64,000 bases of DNA, taken from assembly GCA_015233405.1 (NCBI GenBank), contig JADFXT010000009.1:10446-74445 (forward strand), in the 5' to 3' direction. This DNA is from Candidatus Omnitrophota bacterium. Its GTDB lineage: Bacteria > Omnitrophota > Gorgyraeia > Zapsychrales > Zapsychraceae. This document shows positions 11,801 through 17,956 of the stretch, piece after piece. Under the pieces are notes generated by a model. That model was not told where the DNA came from and did not search any database. It was given only the letters and a program-made list of their open reading frames with translations. Positions within the stretch are counted from its first letter, which is position 1, and every line of letters begins with the position of its first letter. The position numbers and the translations under genes were made by a program.

Positions 11801-12103
11801 ATGGTCAAAGATCGTCAGCAACAGCTCTTGAAAGAACGGGAACAGGTTCGGGAGAGTTTTCTTGTTCATATTGAAGCACTATACCAAACGGCTGTTAAAC
11901 TTTATCAGAAGAAGTCCTACGCCTATGCCGGACATATCTTTCAGGAAATCGACAGCATGGTCCCACATTATAAGAAAACAGCGGAGTATCTTAAAGATAT
12001 CCTAAGAAAGATTTCATACCAAACAGAACCAGTCCCGTCCTCGTTTAGTGAAAATATCCCGAGCGTAGATTCGGATGACGCAGCCATAAAATTGCCGAGG
12101 TAA
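5813..12103 (+). CDS. Giant secreted repeat protein (2,096 aa): signal peptide followed by 17 TPR-like ~48-aa modules separated by K/E/R/Q-rich linkers predicted to be coiled coil or single alpha-helix
   Basis: One long ORF. The N-terminus KYKLIIFLCSLAFLFSRNSFSQ looks like a Sec signal. The start is ambiguous between TTG 5813 and ATG 5843. Repeat modules follow the pattern Y-x2-A-x2-L-Y-x4-Y-x2-A-x3-F-x8-P-x-Y-K-x-T-x2-Y-L. Confidence 0.85.
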   Translation: MQRSERFKLLMPIKRKYKLIIFLCSLAFLFSRNSFSQSLPSEAPSSSTQEAETFKDQKSQEGYIVNLKDLINRSKKKIEEVNVKLEEQARRSRNQQREEKAREYYEQAMRLFKEGKLEQAQELWQKAIKITEHPEMKGYLSESAAKTKKQQDALRSEESRRMKRLEIERGYSAEEVEKAYDEAVKLYKQKKYVEAKDGFERVEDMFPDHKATRSYLMVIEQEIQKEQQQLIDNKLKEEETSRQKAKEAWRKELEQRENERKDFLDKQAQTIYEDAVKLYRAREFEKAKERFKEVEWVYPNYKSTAYFLSGIDNDIKEEDKRREVEHRQTLKNQLEEDRNAKKKEEARQLKLREAKELESVKSLKDQAEFVYKTGITLFKKGQYEDAKAKFLEANQLSPNYKETNSYIAQIDESLAKEKSDKIERARQEFELQVKQDRLNKSLIEEEQRKKFEQEEKDQIEKTKSEAELVYKTAVALYDNALYVQAQEKFLQLEQFYPNYKSTKDYLKKITARVPSSNEPESQIKSVQKASQKEPNRKKRQIEEQQFSENQESVKQQAEVLYKSALSCYENKLYLQSKEKFNELEAVSPNYRSTRKYLELLKKKIVDSEPEEIAKSSMRGASGAFNEEEVVVKKAVEARQQQMSQEAEQKYQEAVTFYKERKIIEAQRKFIQVEALYPDYKETAKYLSRIDDEITGSEKIGTSLKAKKASLSQESSAAESSQKAQRLPACTSCSSGESTASIEGLYQSAIKLFNSKDYESAQAQFEEVNLRKSGYKSTKRYLDQTKKKLDALETEQKRNQNQAVLDEHLQKKNIKSGILESKAQALYKEAVKLYQTKLFVQAQEKFLAIEDLTPEYKDTDKYLKLIAEKIKKQQDQESALNEKIEAARKEALMVDEPKEQEQKDRQEFRRRLERKYQEAVKFYKKNRFEEAKKDFLEVQASQPNYQETADYLARIDGDIQSQQQQNISIKSRNVQVSAKELYQTALAYYNKKEYQKAQDKFKELNELIFDYKSTNEYLDQLEKKLLEVNLQKNQCLDECLNDCMERCMGVREEAAGPKKARSKNQVCVTGKPCYDLSEETDEIYRNAVAMYKAGSFQQAKAKFNEVSLLLPGYKNTESYLIVIERKLAQEQKKRERESQIIVSDKQKESLEDQARIRRDINAKKTSWEIGVEERVAMLKAKERELDYLKGARKAEYEREIREERTALAQLREKWAQQEHKRKREFRVRFNEEEKRNRLVLEEARRLKVKKQKDLEKKLKAEKWEKERQKAEQEKQRKIEAEKKHQEELLKKKAELDRMDEETRKKKEEEQKRLEGLNKEKEVEKVKLQEAAEQKQKEQESKEAAEKKQAEAPVVKAEEHPIEQAMVSPEATPLSAPVAENQVKPKSAASEYEYKEYKEELEKERIKNEYEKYRKEQITLEKKQQAEFDRQRKQRSKESGNRKEELRKELLKEAGVLYQEGLSLYQQKFYKDAKAKFMAAEGLYPGYKSAGEYIARCEDKMIYGMAGASKERKVEPKSTKLNDAEAIYKEAVQAYQYEDYPAAKDKFTAVLKLNPDNRSAQNYLKKTERKLAEEEKNKQDQERRRKDYEAKKEKERQQKELDEKKRKEKEDARRKDKEEKERLKQEKKLKREQEAKEKLEHSAKQKSEPEAKQKASSQVESPAVETKQEVKSETKPEAELETKPEAEQPSKPEVKQEVKQEVKLEIPKQDQNLNKKEKKEEQKKLQAGYEKIYRDAIALYKTKDFEKAKVAFEALENTAPGYKSARDYIIKCQDSILKQKQKEEKENADRERLRKEENLKKAKENLEQNYRDAVNAYQAKDMATGDEKFAQLSDMLAKGDFPSEYVQSMTKKMDQKKSEIQKTLANEEQKRKVAESAKAELETRAKKIEDEKRHQELEKLEKEIRLEEERLKQQKQLEEQRMEKEQQKQTSSAAPEAKKAPETRKSVRQEHIAQKYAEALREQKRLSQERAAQEKREREDDLERRRIQEKERRAQLEQMVKDRQQQLLKEREQVRESFLVHIEALYQTAVKLYQKKSYAYAGHIFQEIDSMVPHYKKTAEYLKDILRKISYQTEPVPSSFSENIPSVDSDDAAIKLPR
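6113..12014 (+). repeat. Array of 17 dispersed protein-level repeat modules (TPR-like helix hairpin ending in P-[NDG]-Y-K-x-T-x-x-Y-L)
   Basis: Counted by eye. Examples: AQTIYEDAVKLYRAREFEKAKERFKEVEWVYPNYKSTAYFL; EAELVYKTAVALYDNALYVQAQEKFLQLEQFYPNYKSTKDYL; RLERKYQEAVKFYKKNRFEEAKKDFLEVQASQPNYQETADYL; HIEALYQTAVKLYQKKSYAYAGHIFQEIDSMVPHYKKTAEYL. First module begins about nt 6113 and the last ends about nt 12014. Confidence 0.85.
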
Positions 12104-12108
12104 TTCCT

Positions 12109-12468
12109 ATGAAAATTTCTAAGGTTTTTGGCCTTGTTTTTATCTTTTTTGTTTTTTTTATTTCGTTAGCATTGGCAACTCCTCCATCAGAGATTGTCCT
12201 TAATTACGATCAAAAAGCCCAGTTGCTCCATGTTGAGGTCAAACATCCGACAAAAAATATCAGAGAGCATTACATCCGATATTTAACGATTCTTCTCAAT
12301 AATGTAGAAGTTAAAAAAATACGATATACTCATCAAGAAAATGCGGCAGGGTTTACCGAAGAGGTTCCTGTTGCGGCAGTCGCTAACGACGTGATAAAGG
12401 CAGAAGCTATTTGCAATAAAGGCGGAGATAAAACCCAAGAGCTCGTCGTTGGCCAAGAAACGAAGTAG
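12109..12468 (+). CDS. Small secreted beta-rich protein (119 aa) of unknown function; the motif pattern faintly resembles a superoxide-reductase/desulfoferrodoxin-type fold
   Basis: Starts 5 nt after the upstream stop. Signal peptide MKISKVFGLVFIFFVFFISLALA. The pattern VEVKHPTKNIREHYIRYL...VIKAEAICNKGG resembles the HPM..HYI....CNxHG layout of SOR domains, but two His ligands are absent. Confidence 0.5.
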   Translation: MKISKVFGLVFIFFVFFISLALATPPSEIVLNYDQKAQLLHVEVKHPTKNIREHYIRYLTILLNNVEVKKIRYTHQENAAGFTEEVPVAAVANDVIKAEAICNKGGDKTQELVVGQETK

Positions 12469-12474
12469 GTTGTT

Positions 12475-14319
12475 ATGAAGATATTAAAAGTTTTTTTCAT
12501 TTCGGTGGCGGTCATTATCGTTTTAATTTTTGTTTCGCTATTTATTTTTATTAAGACGTTTGATGTTAACCGTTTTAAGCCGCAGGTTCTTCAAGCTATT
12601 CGCCAAGCGACCCAGAAAGAAGTTTCTTTAGGCGACCTTTCCTTAAATATTTCTTTCCCTCAAGGTATTGTCTTATCAGCGCAAAAATTTAGCCTCGCTG
12701 AAAGTAAGGATTTGGCGCTTCAGTATTCAATTGATGTGGATTCTATTCTTCTCGACGTGGATGTCTTGGCATTTTTAACGAAGCACCAGCTGGCCGTGTC
12801 CAGGGTCAATTTGGTCTCACCGAATATTTCTGTCAGTAGAAATAAAGTTGAAGGTACAGCGGATCCTTTAACGCTACCTAAAATGTCCGCGGCACAAGAT
12901 TCGTTATCCGCTTCTGTTTCAAAACAAAATGCGCAGTCTGCTGTTGTCTTCCCAGCCTTTATTGTTAAGACCATTCGTATTTCCGACGGGACAATAATTT
13001 ATGCGGACAAGAATTTCCCACCCGAATTGAGAATTAATATTAAGAAATTTGATTTAGAACTAACCAATTTTTCTTTAGATAAAGAATTTAGGCTGCGTTC
13101 ATCAATGGCTTTATTTAGCCAGAATCCCAATATTACAATTCAAGCCAAGGCGCAGATAGCTTCTTCAACAATGCAGGTTCGTTTTGATGATGTGATTGTT
13201 CAGGCGGATTTATCGACATGCTCTTTAACTGAAATGAAAAAAGATATCCCGCAGCTTAAGGATGTTCCTTTGGAAGATAAAATTTTGGGCAAGGTCAGCT
13301 GGAAAGCGGATCAAATGATCGCAGGAGTTCAAGGGTTGGTCATGCTTTCGGCTCAAGGATCTTTAAGCGATGGAAAATTAAAAATAGCTAATGTCGGAGT
13401 TCCTTTGGATAAAATTACTGCGCAAGTTAAGATGACGGAAGCGGAAATTGTTTTAAGTGATCTTAGCGCTGCGCTGGGTTCCGGACGGATTAAAGCCAGT
13501 GGACGAGTCAATGATTATCTCAAGAGTCAGAACTTTTCGTTTGATGCGAATATAGATGCCCCTATTTTATTGTCAGAGCTTGTTGCATCGCAGAATCTTC
13601 CCATGAAAATAGAAGGAAAGATCTTAGGTCAATTTAAAGGCCAGGGCAAAGGGTTCACTCCGGAAGCTTTAACTCAATTTTTAAATGGCGACGGGAATAT
13701 GCATGCGGATGAGGCGAAATTGGTTGATTTCAATCTTCTTAAGTTTGTTCTAGATAAAATTTCCATTATTCCCAATTTGGCTCAGAATATTGAGGCAAGC
13801 ATGCCGGATAGTTATAAAGAAAAACTTAACCGTCAGGATACGATTTTTAAGCAAGTCAAGGCAGATCTCAAAATCGAGCAGGGAAGCATTGTGATTCCTT
13901 CATTGATAGTTGATGCTGATGATTTTGTGCTAAATGCTAACGGCAGAATTAATTTTAATCAAACCGCAGAATTCCATTCCGATTTTTATATTAATGAGGA
14001 ATTATCAAGCCAAATGATTTCCTCGGTTTCGCAACTGTCCTATTTATTAGAGGAAGACAAAAGGATACATATTCCGCTTTCTTCTTATGAGGGGAGCCTA
14101 AGCAAATTTATTATTTATCCGGATTTAGAGAAAATAGGGAAGAAAATTGTTAAAACAGGAGCAAAACAAGAGTTAAAAAAGGCTATTTTTAAGGCTTTAA
14201 AGATTGGTGATGATTCAGAAAATAATCCTGAAGCGGCTGGATCTGGCGATGCCCAGTCCTCAGGCCAGAAATCCCCAAAAGCGACCGTTGAAAACATCTT
14301 AAATACAATTTTTAAATAA
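12475..14319 (+). CDS. AsmA-family protein (N-terminal membrane anchor plus a long beta-rich periplasmic domain)
   Basis: Starts 6 nt after the upstream stop. The N-terminus MKILKVFFISVAVIIVLIFVSLFIFIKTFDVNRFKPQVLQAI is typical of AsmA/YhdP-like proteins. Family pattern recognised by eye only. Confidence 0.6.
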   Translation: MKILKVFFISVAVIIVLIFVSLFIFIKTFDVNRFKPQVLQAIRQATQKEVSLGDLSLNISFPQGIVLSAQKFSLAESKDLALQYSIDVDSILLDVDVLAFLTKHQLAVSRVNLVSPNISVSRNKVEGTADPLTLPKMSAAQDSLSASVSKQNAQSAVVFPAFIVKTIRISDGTIIYADKNFPPELRINIKKFDLELTNFSLDKEFRLRSSMALFSQNPNITIQAKAQIASSTMQVRFDDVIVQADLSTCSLTEMKKDIPQLKDVPLEDKILGKVSWKADQMIAGVQGLVMLSAQGSLSDGKLKIANVGVPLDKITAQVKMTEAEIVLSDLSAALGSGRIKASGRVNDYLKSQNFSFDANIDAPILLSELVASQNLPMKIEGKILGQFKGQGKGFTPEALTQFLNGDGNMHADEAKLVDFNLLKFVLDKISIIPNLAQNIEASMPDSYKEKLNRQDTIFKQVKADLKIEQGSIVIPSLIVDADDFVLNANGRINFNQTAEFHSDFYINEELSSQMISSVSQLSYLLEEDKRIHIPLSSYEGSLSKFIIYPDLEKIGKKIVKTGAKQELKKAIFKALKIGDDSENNPEAAGSGDAQSSGQKSPKATVENILNTIFK

Positions 14320-14421
14320 AAAATATCATGTTTTTTTGTGTTATTTTTCTCGAGTTTTATAACTAATTGATAATAAATAGGTTATAAATTAATAAAACCT
14401 AGCATTTTCTCTGAATTTTTC

Positions 14422-14450
14422 TTGTTTTTTTGAACGAAGTTATATATACT
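14422..14450 (+). promoter_or_regulatory. Candidate sigma70-type promoter for the PilZ gene (TTGTTT - 17 nt - TATACT)
   Basis: -35 at 14422-14427 and -10 at 14445-14450, inside a 190-nt AT-rich intergenic region. Confidence 0.3.
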
Positions 14451-14509
14451 ATACTTACAAATTTAAAAAAATAATTTTCAAATGCTTTGTTTTAAAAGGA
14501 GAGTGTTCT

Positions 14510-15637
14510 ATTATTACTGATCAAATTCTTCATGAATCAAGAAAAACCTTCCGCGTAAAAGATAATAGCCGCATTTCATGGTCTCTTAAAGATGGAAATT
14601 CTAAAGGAGATGCTCGAATTCATAATATTAGCACTTCCGGGATGTTGATAGAAACCAATTCTGATTTTGCTCCCCAAGAAAATTGCATATTTTCTTTTGA
14701 GCCTAATGGCGGTAAGATCGATTTTCTACCTGATCTAGGACGAGTGGTATGGCATAAAGCCAAACCATTTGGAAGAAATCGTTATTTATGCGGCATAGAA
14801 TTTATCAATCCGTCAGAAAATATTTTGGCTAATTTAAGCCAGAAAATCCAAGGTGGAATTATGGAATTTACAAAAGCCCGTCGTTTTAGAACGATCTTAA
14901 ACATCGGTTTGGCTGTTGCGGTTGCCGGTCTAACCGTGTATCTTGTTTGGCTTGTTTATCAAACGTCCCGAGACATGTCTATAACGACAAAAAACATGTT
15001 GGATGTTTCTAACAAGCAATCGTCTTTAACTCGGGAATATATTCGTCTCTATAAGGACACAAAGATTGAGTTGGATACGACCAAGGTAGAGCTTGCTACG
15101 ACAAAAGATGTTTTGTCCGACGTGACACAAGACTTGGAGACTACAAAAGGCGCTTTACAGGAAACCCAGGGACTTTTAGCTCAGGCCAAAGATGAAAATA
15201 TCAAATTAGGGACTGATCTAGGTAAAATGAAAGATTTAAATGATAAATATAGCAAAACCATTTCTGGCCTTGAAGAGAAAAATACAGAGTTGGGTTATGA
15301 GATGAAAATCCTTCAAGACCAATTAAGTTATTATGCCGGTAATGTTAAGAATGTGGATGAAGGAAAAGAATTAATCAGGACTTTCCGTGAAAGAATGAAA
15401 ATCGTCAAAGCAAAGATTAACGCCTTTAAACAAGAAGCTGTAAAGATTAAAGCCGCGGCCTTGAAGGAAAGGGATCATCTAAAGTCAATGTTGGGCAACA
15501 AAGGCTATCTTGTGAAAAATGGTGCTGCTGTGAAAGTTGACTTGAAAGAGTATACAGCGGCGGGATCGTCGGAAACAAAGCCAGCTGAATCTAAAGGGCG
15601 TAAGGTAAATATTGATGTGAACTTTTTTAAGAAATAA
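14510..15637 (+). CDS. PilZ-domain (c-di-GMP receptor-like) protein with one TM helix and a long coiled-coil; probable non-canonical ATT start
   Basis: The track ORF starts at ATG 14642, but both PilZ motifs (RKTFR = RxxxR and NISTSG = N-x-S-x-x-G) are encoded in frame upstream or across it. The frame is open from 14396 and has no ATG/GTG/TTG before 14642. RBS AAAGGAGAG (14495-14503) sits 6 nt before ATT 14510. Confidence 0.6.
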   Translation: MITDQILHESRKTFRVKDNSRISWSLKDGNSKGDARIHNISTSGMLIETNSDFAPQENCIFSFEPNGGKIDFLPDLGRVVWHKAKPFGRNRYLCGIEFINPSENILANLSQKIQGGIMEFTKARRFRTILNIGLAVAVAGLTVYLVWLVYQTSRDMSITTKNMLDVSNKQSSLTREYIRLYKDTKIELDTTKVELATTKDVLSDVTQDLETTKGALQETQGLLAQAKDENIKLGTDLGKMKDLNDKYSKTISGLEEKNTELGYEMKILQDQLSYYAGNVKNVDEGKELIRTFRERMKIVKAKINAFKQEAVKIKAAALKERDHLKSMLGNKGYLVKNGAAVKVDLKEYTAAGSSETKPAESKGRKVNIDVNFFKK

Positions 15638-15680
15638 GTTTTTCTTATTTCTTATCCTCACAAATCTCCTCCCTTAAAAA

Positions 15681-16445
15681 GTGTTTAAACAACCCAAAAG
15701 AACGATAGAGAATTTCTGTAAAATTTCCACAGAGGCCGGGATTATTTCTTTTATCTTAAAGAAATCTTCCGGGCGAAGAACTATGTCCATTGTGATTAAT
15801 CCTCAAGCCGAAGTGACTGTTTGCGCGCCGTGGGGGCTTGACGATGAGAAGATCTTGTCTTTTGTCCGGCAGAAAAGCCATTGGATCGTTACCAAAACAA
15901 AAGAAGTCCTTCAGAGAAATCAGCTTAGGGTCATCAAAGAGTATAAGGACGGAGAAGAGTTCTTGTTTCTGGGAAAAAAATGCCGGCTTGAGATCCTTGA
16001 AAAGGACATTAAGCGCAGCCACATTGTTTTTGACGGATTAAAATGGTCTGTTTCCATTCCGATCAATGTTCCTTCGGAAGAAAAAAAAGATACCATAAAA
16101 AATAAGCTTATCGACTGGTATCGTCAAGAGGCTGAAGAGGTCTTAGGCGGGCGAATTTTTCATTATGCCCGCATCGTCGGCATAGAACCGAAAAAGATCG
16201 CCGTACGGACTCAAAAGCGGTTATGGGGAAATTGCAACTATAACAGCCGCACCATTCATTTGAATTGGCAGATTATTTTTTCGCCTCTAAATGTCGTGGA
16301 TTATGTTGTTGTCCACGAGCTTTGCCATTTGTTTGTCCCCAACCATTCCCGGCGTTTTTGGAAAAAAGTGGAAGAGATCTATCCGCAATATCAGTTGTCC
16401 AAGAAATGGCTTAGGGATCATTCTAACGACATGGTGCTGCCATGA
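15681..16445 (+). CDS. YgjP-like/DUF45 (M48-like) metal-dependent hydrolase
   Basis: C-terminal motif VVHELCHLFVPNHSRRFWKKVEE (HExxH-like plus NHS..FW) is typical of the YgjP/DUF45 family. Confidence 0.75.
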   Translation: MFKQPKRTIENFCKISTEAGIISFILKKSSGRRTMSIVINPQAEVTVCAPWGLDDEKILSFVRQKSHWIVTKTKEVLQRNQLRVIKEYKDGEEFLFLGKKCRLEILEKDIKRSHIVFDGLKWSVSIPINVPSEEKKDTIKNKLIDWYRQEAEEVLGGRIFHYARIVGIEPKKIAVRTQKRLWGNCNYNSRTIHLNWQIIFSPLNVVDYVVVHELCHLFVPNHSRRFWKKVEEIYPQYQLSKKWLRDHSNDMVLP

Positions 16446-16666
16446 AAATTTTAGAGATTAAAGTTGTCCCTCAGGCCAAGAAAGAGCTTATAAAAGAAGA
16501 AAACGGCATTTTAAAAGTTTATCTCATGGCTCCGGCGGTGGATGGCAAGGCCAATGACGCCCTCATCGTTTATTTAGCGGAATATTTTCAAGTGAAGAAA
16601 AGGGATGTTCAAATCACAAAAGGATTGAAATCCCGCCATAAAACTATTACTATATTGGGATTATAA
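16442..16666 (+). CDS. DUF167 (YggU-like) small protein
   Basis: 74 aa. The pattern VVPQAKK...LKVYLMAPAVDGKANDALIVYLAEYFQVKKRDVQITKGLKSRHKTI matches the YggU family. Overlaps the upstream gene by 4 nt. Confidence 0.75.
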   Translation: MKILEIKVVPQAKKELIKEENGILKVYLMAPAVDGKANDALIVYLAEYFQVKKRDVQITKGLKSRHKTITILGL

Positions 16667-16679
16667 ATAAGGAGGAACC

Positions 16680-17126
16680 ATGCTAGAAGATAAAATTTAT
16701 GAAGATTATGTCAAGGCCATGAAAGACCGAGATACGGCCAAGTCCTCAACGCTAAATTTTTTGCGTGCGCAGATTAAAAATGTCCGGATTGACAAGAGGC
16801 TTGAAAAAGTGGAAGATGCGGAGGTCATCGCGGTCATTAAAAAACAGATTAAACAGCGTCAGGATTCCATTGCACAGTTTCAAGCTGCCGGGCGACAAGA
16901 GTTAGCGGATAAAGAAATAGGGGAGTTGAATATCTTAAAAAGTTATCTGCCTCAGGAGTTAAGCGCGGAGGAAATTCAGAGGATTATCGACGAGACAATT
17001 AAAGAAACACAGGCCAGCTCTATCAAGGATATGGGAAAAGTGATGAAGGCCGTCGGAGAAAAACTTGCCGGACGTGCGGATAATAAAACCGTCAGCGAAT
17101 TGGTCAAAAAAGGGCTTTCGGCCTAA
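16680..17126 (+). CDS. GatB/YqeY domain protein
   Basis: 148 aa. MLEDKIYEDYVKAMKDRD...LRAQIKN...ELNILKSYLPQELSAEEI...MGKVMKAV matches the YqeY pattern. RBS AGGAGG lies upstream. Confidence 0.8.
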   Translation: MLEDKIYEDYVKAMKDRDTAKSSTLNFLRAQIKNVRIDKRLEKVEDAEVIAVIKKQIKQRQDSIAQFQAAGRQELADKEIGELNILKSYLPQELSAEEIQRIIDETIKETQASSIKDMGKVMKAVGEKLAGRADNKTVSELVKKGLSA

Positions 17127-17144
17127 GAAGGGAAAAGGATTTTT

Positions 17145-17924
17145 GTGGTTCGTATCAAACGGATTATAATTGCTTTGCTTGTCATTGTTCTTTTGATTGG
17201 TGGAGGCATTTTTTGGCTAAAAACCAATTATGTCGTCCCTGTCCTTATGTATCATTTTGTGGTTGATTCTGATCACTATGTGCCTAATTTTGTGAGCCCT
17301 AAGAATTTTGAGAAACAAATGGCGTATTTGGCCAGACACAAGTTTTATGTGATGCGGTTTGATGAGCTGATCCAGCGGGTTAATCATCACCAAGGATTTC
17401 CTCCCAAGAGTGTCGTGATTACATTTGACGACGGGTATGTTGATAATTATACGAATGCTTTTTCGGTCTTAAAGAAATATCATTTCCCTGCCATTATTTT
17501 TATGCCATCCGACCACATAGGGCTACAAGGACGGCTTAGTTTGCTTCAGTTACAGGAAATGATCGCTTCTGGTATTGACGTAGGAAGCCATGGGCGGAAT
17601 CATCTCTATCTTCCAACGCTGTCTTTGGAAAAAGCGAAGGATGAAGTCTTTAATAGTAAACGTATTTTGGAACAACGTTTGGGGTCTCCTGTCGATTATT
17701 TTGCTTACCCTCAAGGCGGGTTTAATGAGCAAATAATAACTTTTGTTAAGCAGGCCGGATATAAAGGCGCTTGCACGACGAATAGAGGGAATAATCGGCT
17801 TAACAAAGATATTTTTGAGCTTAAACGCATACGGTTAAGTGATCATGATAATTCTGATTTTATTCTTTGGCTAAAGTTGTCCGGGTATTATAATTCTTTG
17901 CGTAAAAATAAAAATTCAGATTAA
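17145..17924 (+). CDS. Polysaccharide deacetylase (NodB homology domain) with N-terminal TM anchor
   Basis: VITFDDGYVDNY (NodB motif 1, DD), GSHGRNH (motif 2, H-x4-H-like) and YFAYPQG are present. Confidence 0.75.
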   Translation: MVRIKRIIIALLVIVLLIGGGIFWLKTNYVVPVLMYHFVVDSDHYVPNFVSPKNFEKQMAYLARHKFYVMRFDELIQRVNHHQGFPPKSVVITFDDGYVDNYTNAFSVLKKYHFPAIIFMPSDHIGLQGRLSLLQLQEMIASGIDVGSHGRNHLYLPTLSLEKAKDEVFNSKRILEQRLGSPVDYFAYPQGGFNEQIITFVKQAGYKGACTTNRGNNRLNKDIFELKRIRLSDHDNSDFILWLKLSGYYNSLRKNKNSD

Positions 17925-17956
17925 GACCTTTTAACTTTTTCTAGGAAAGGACAAGA

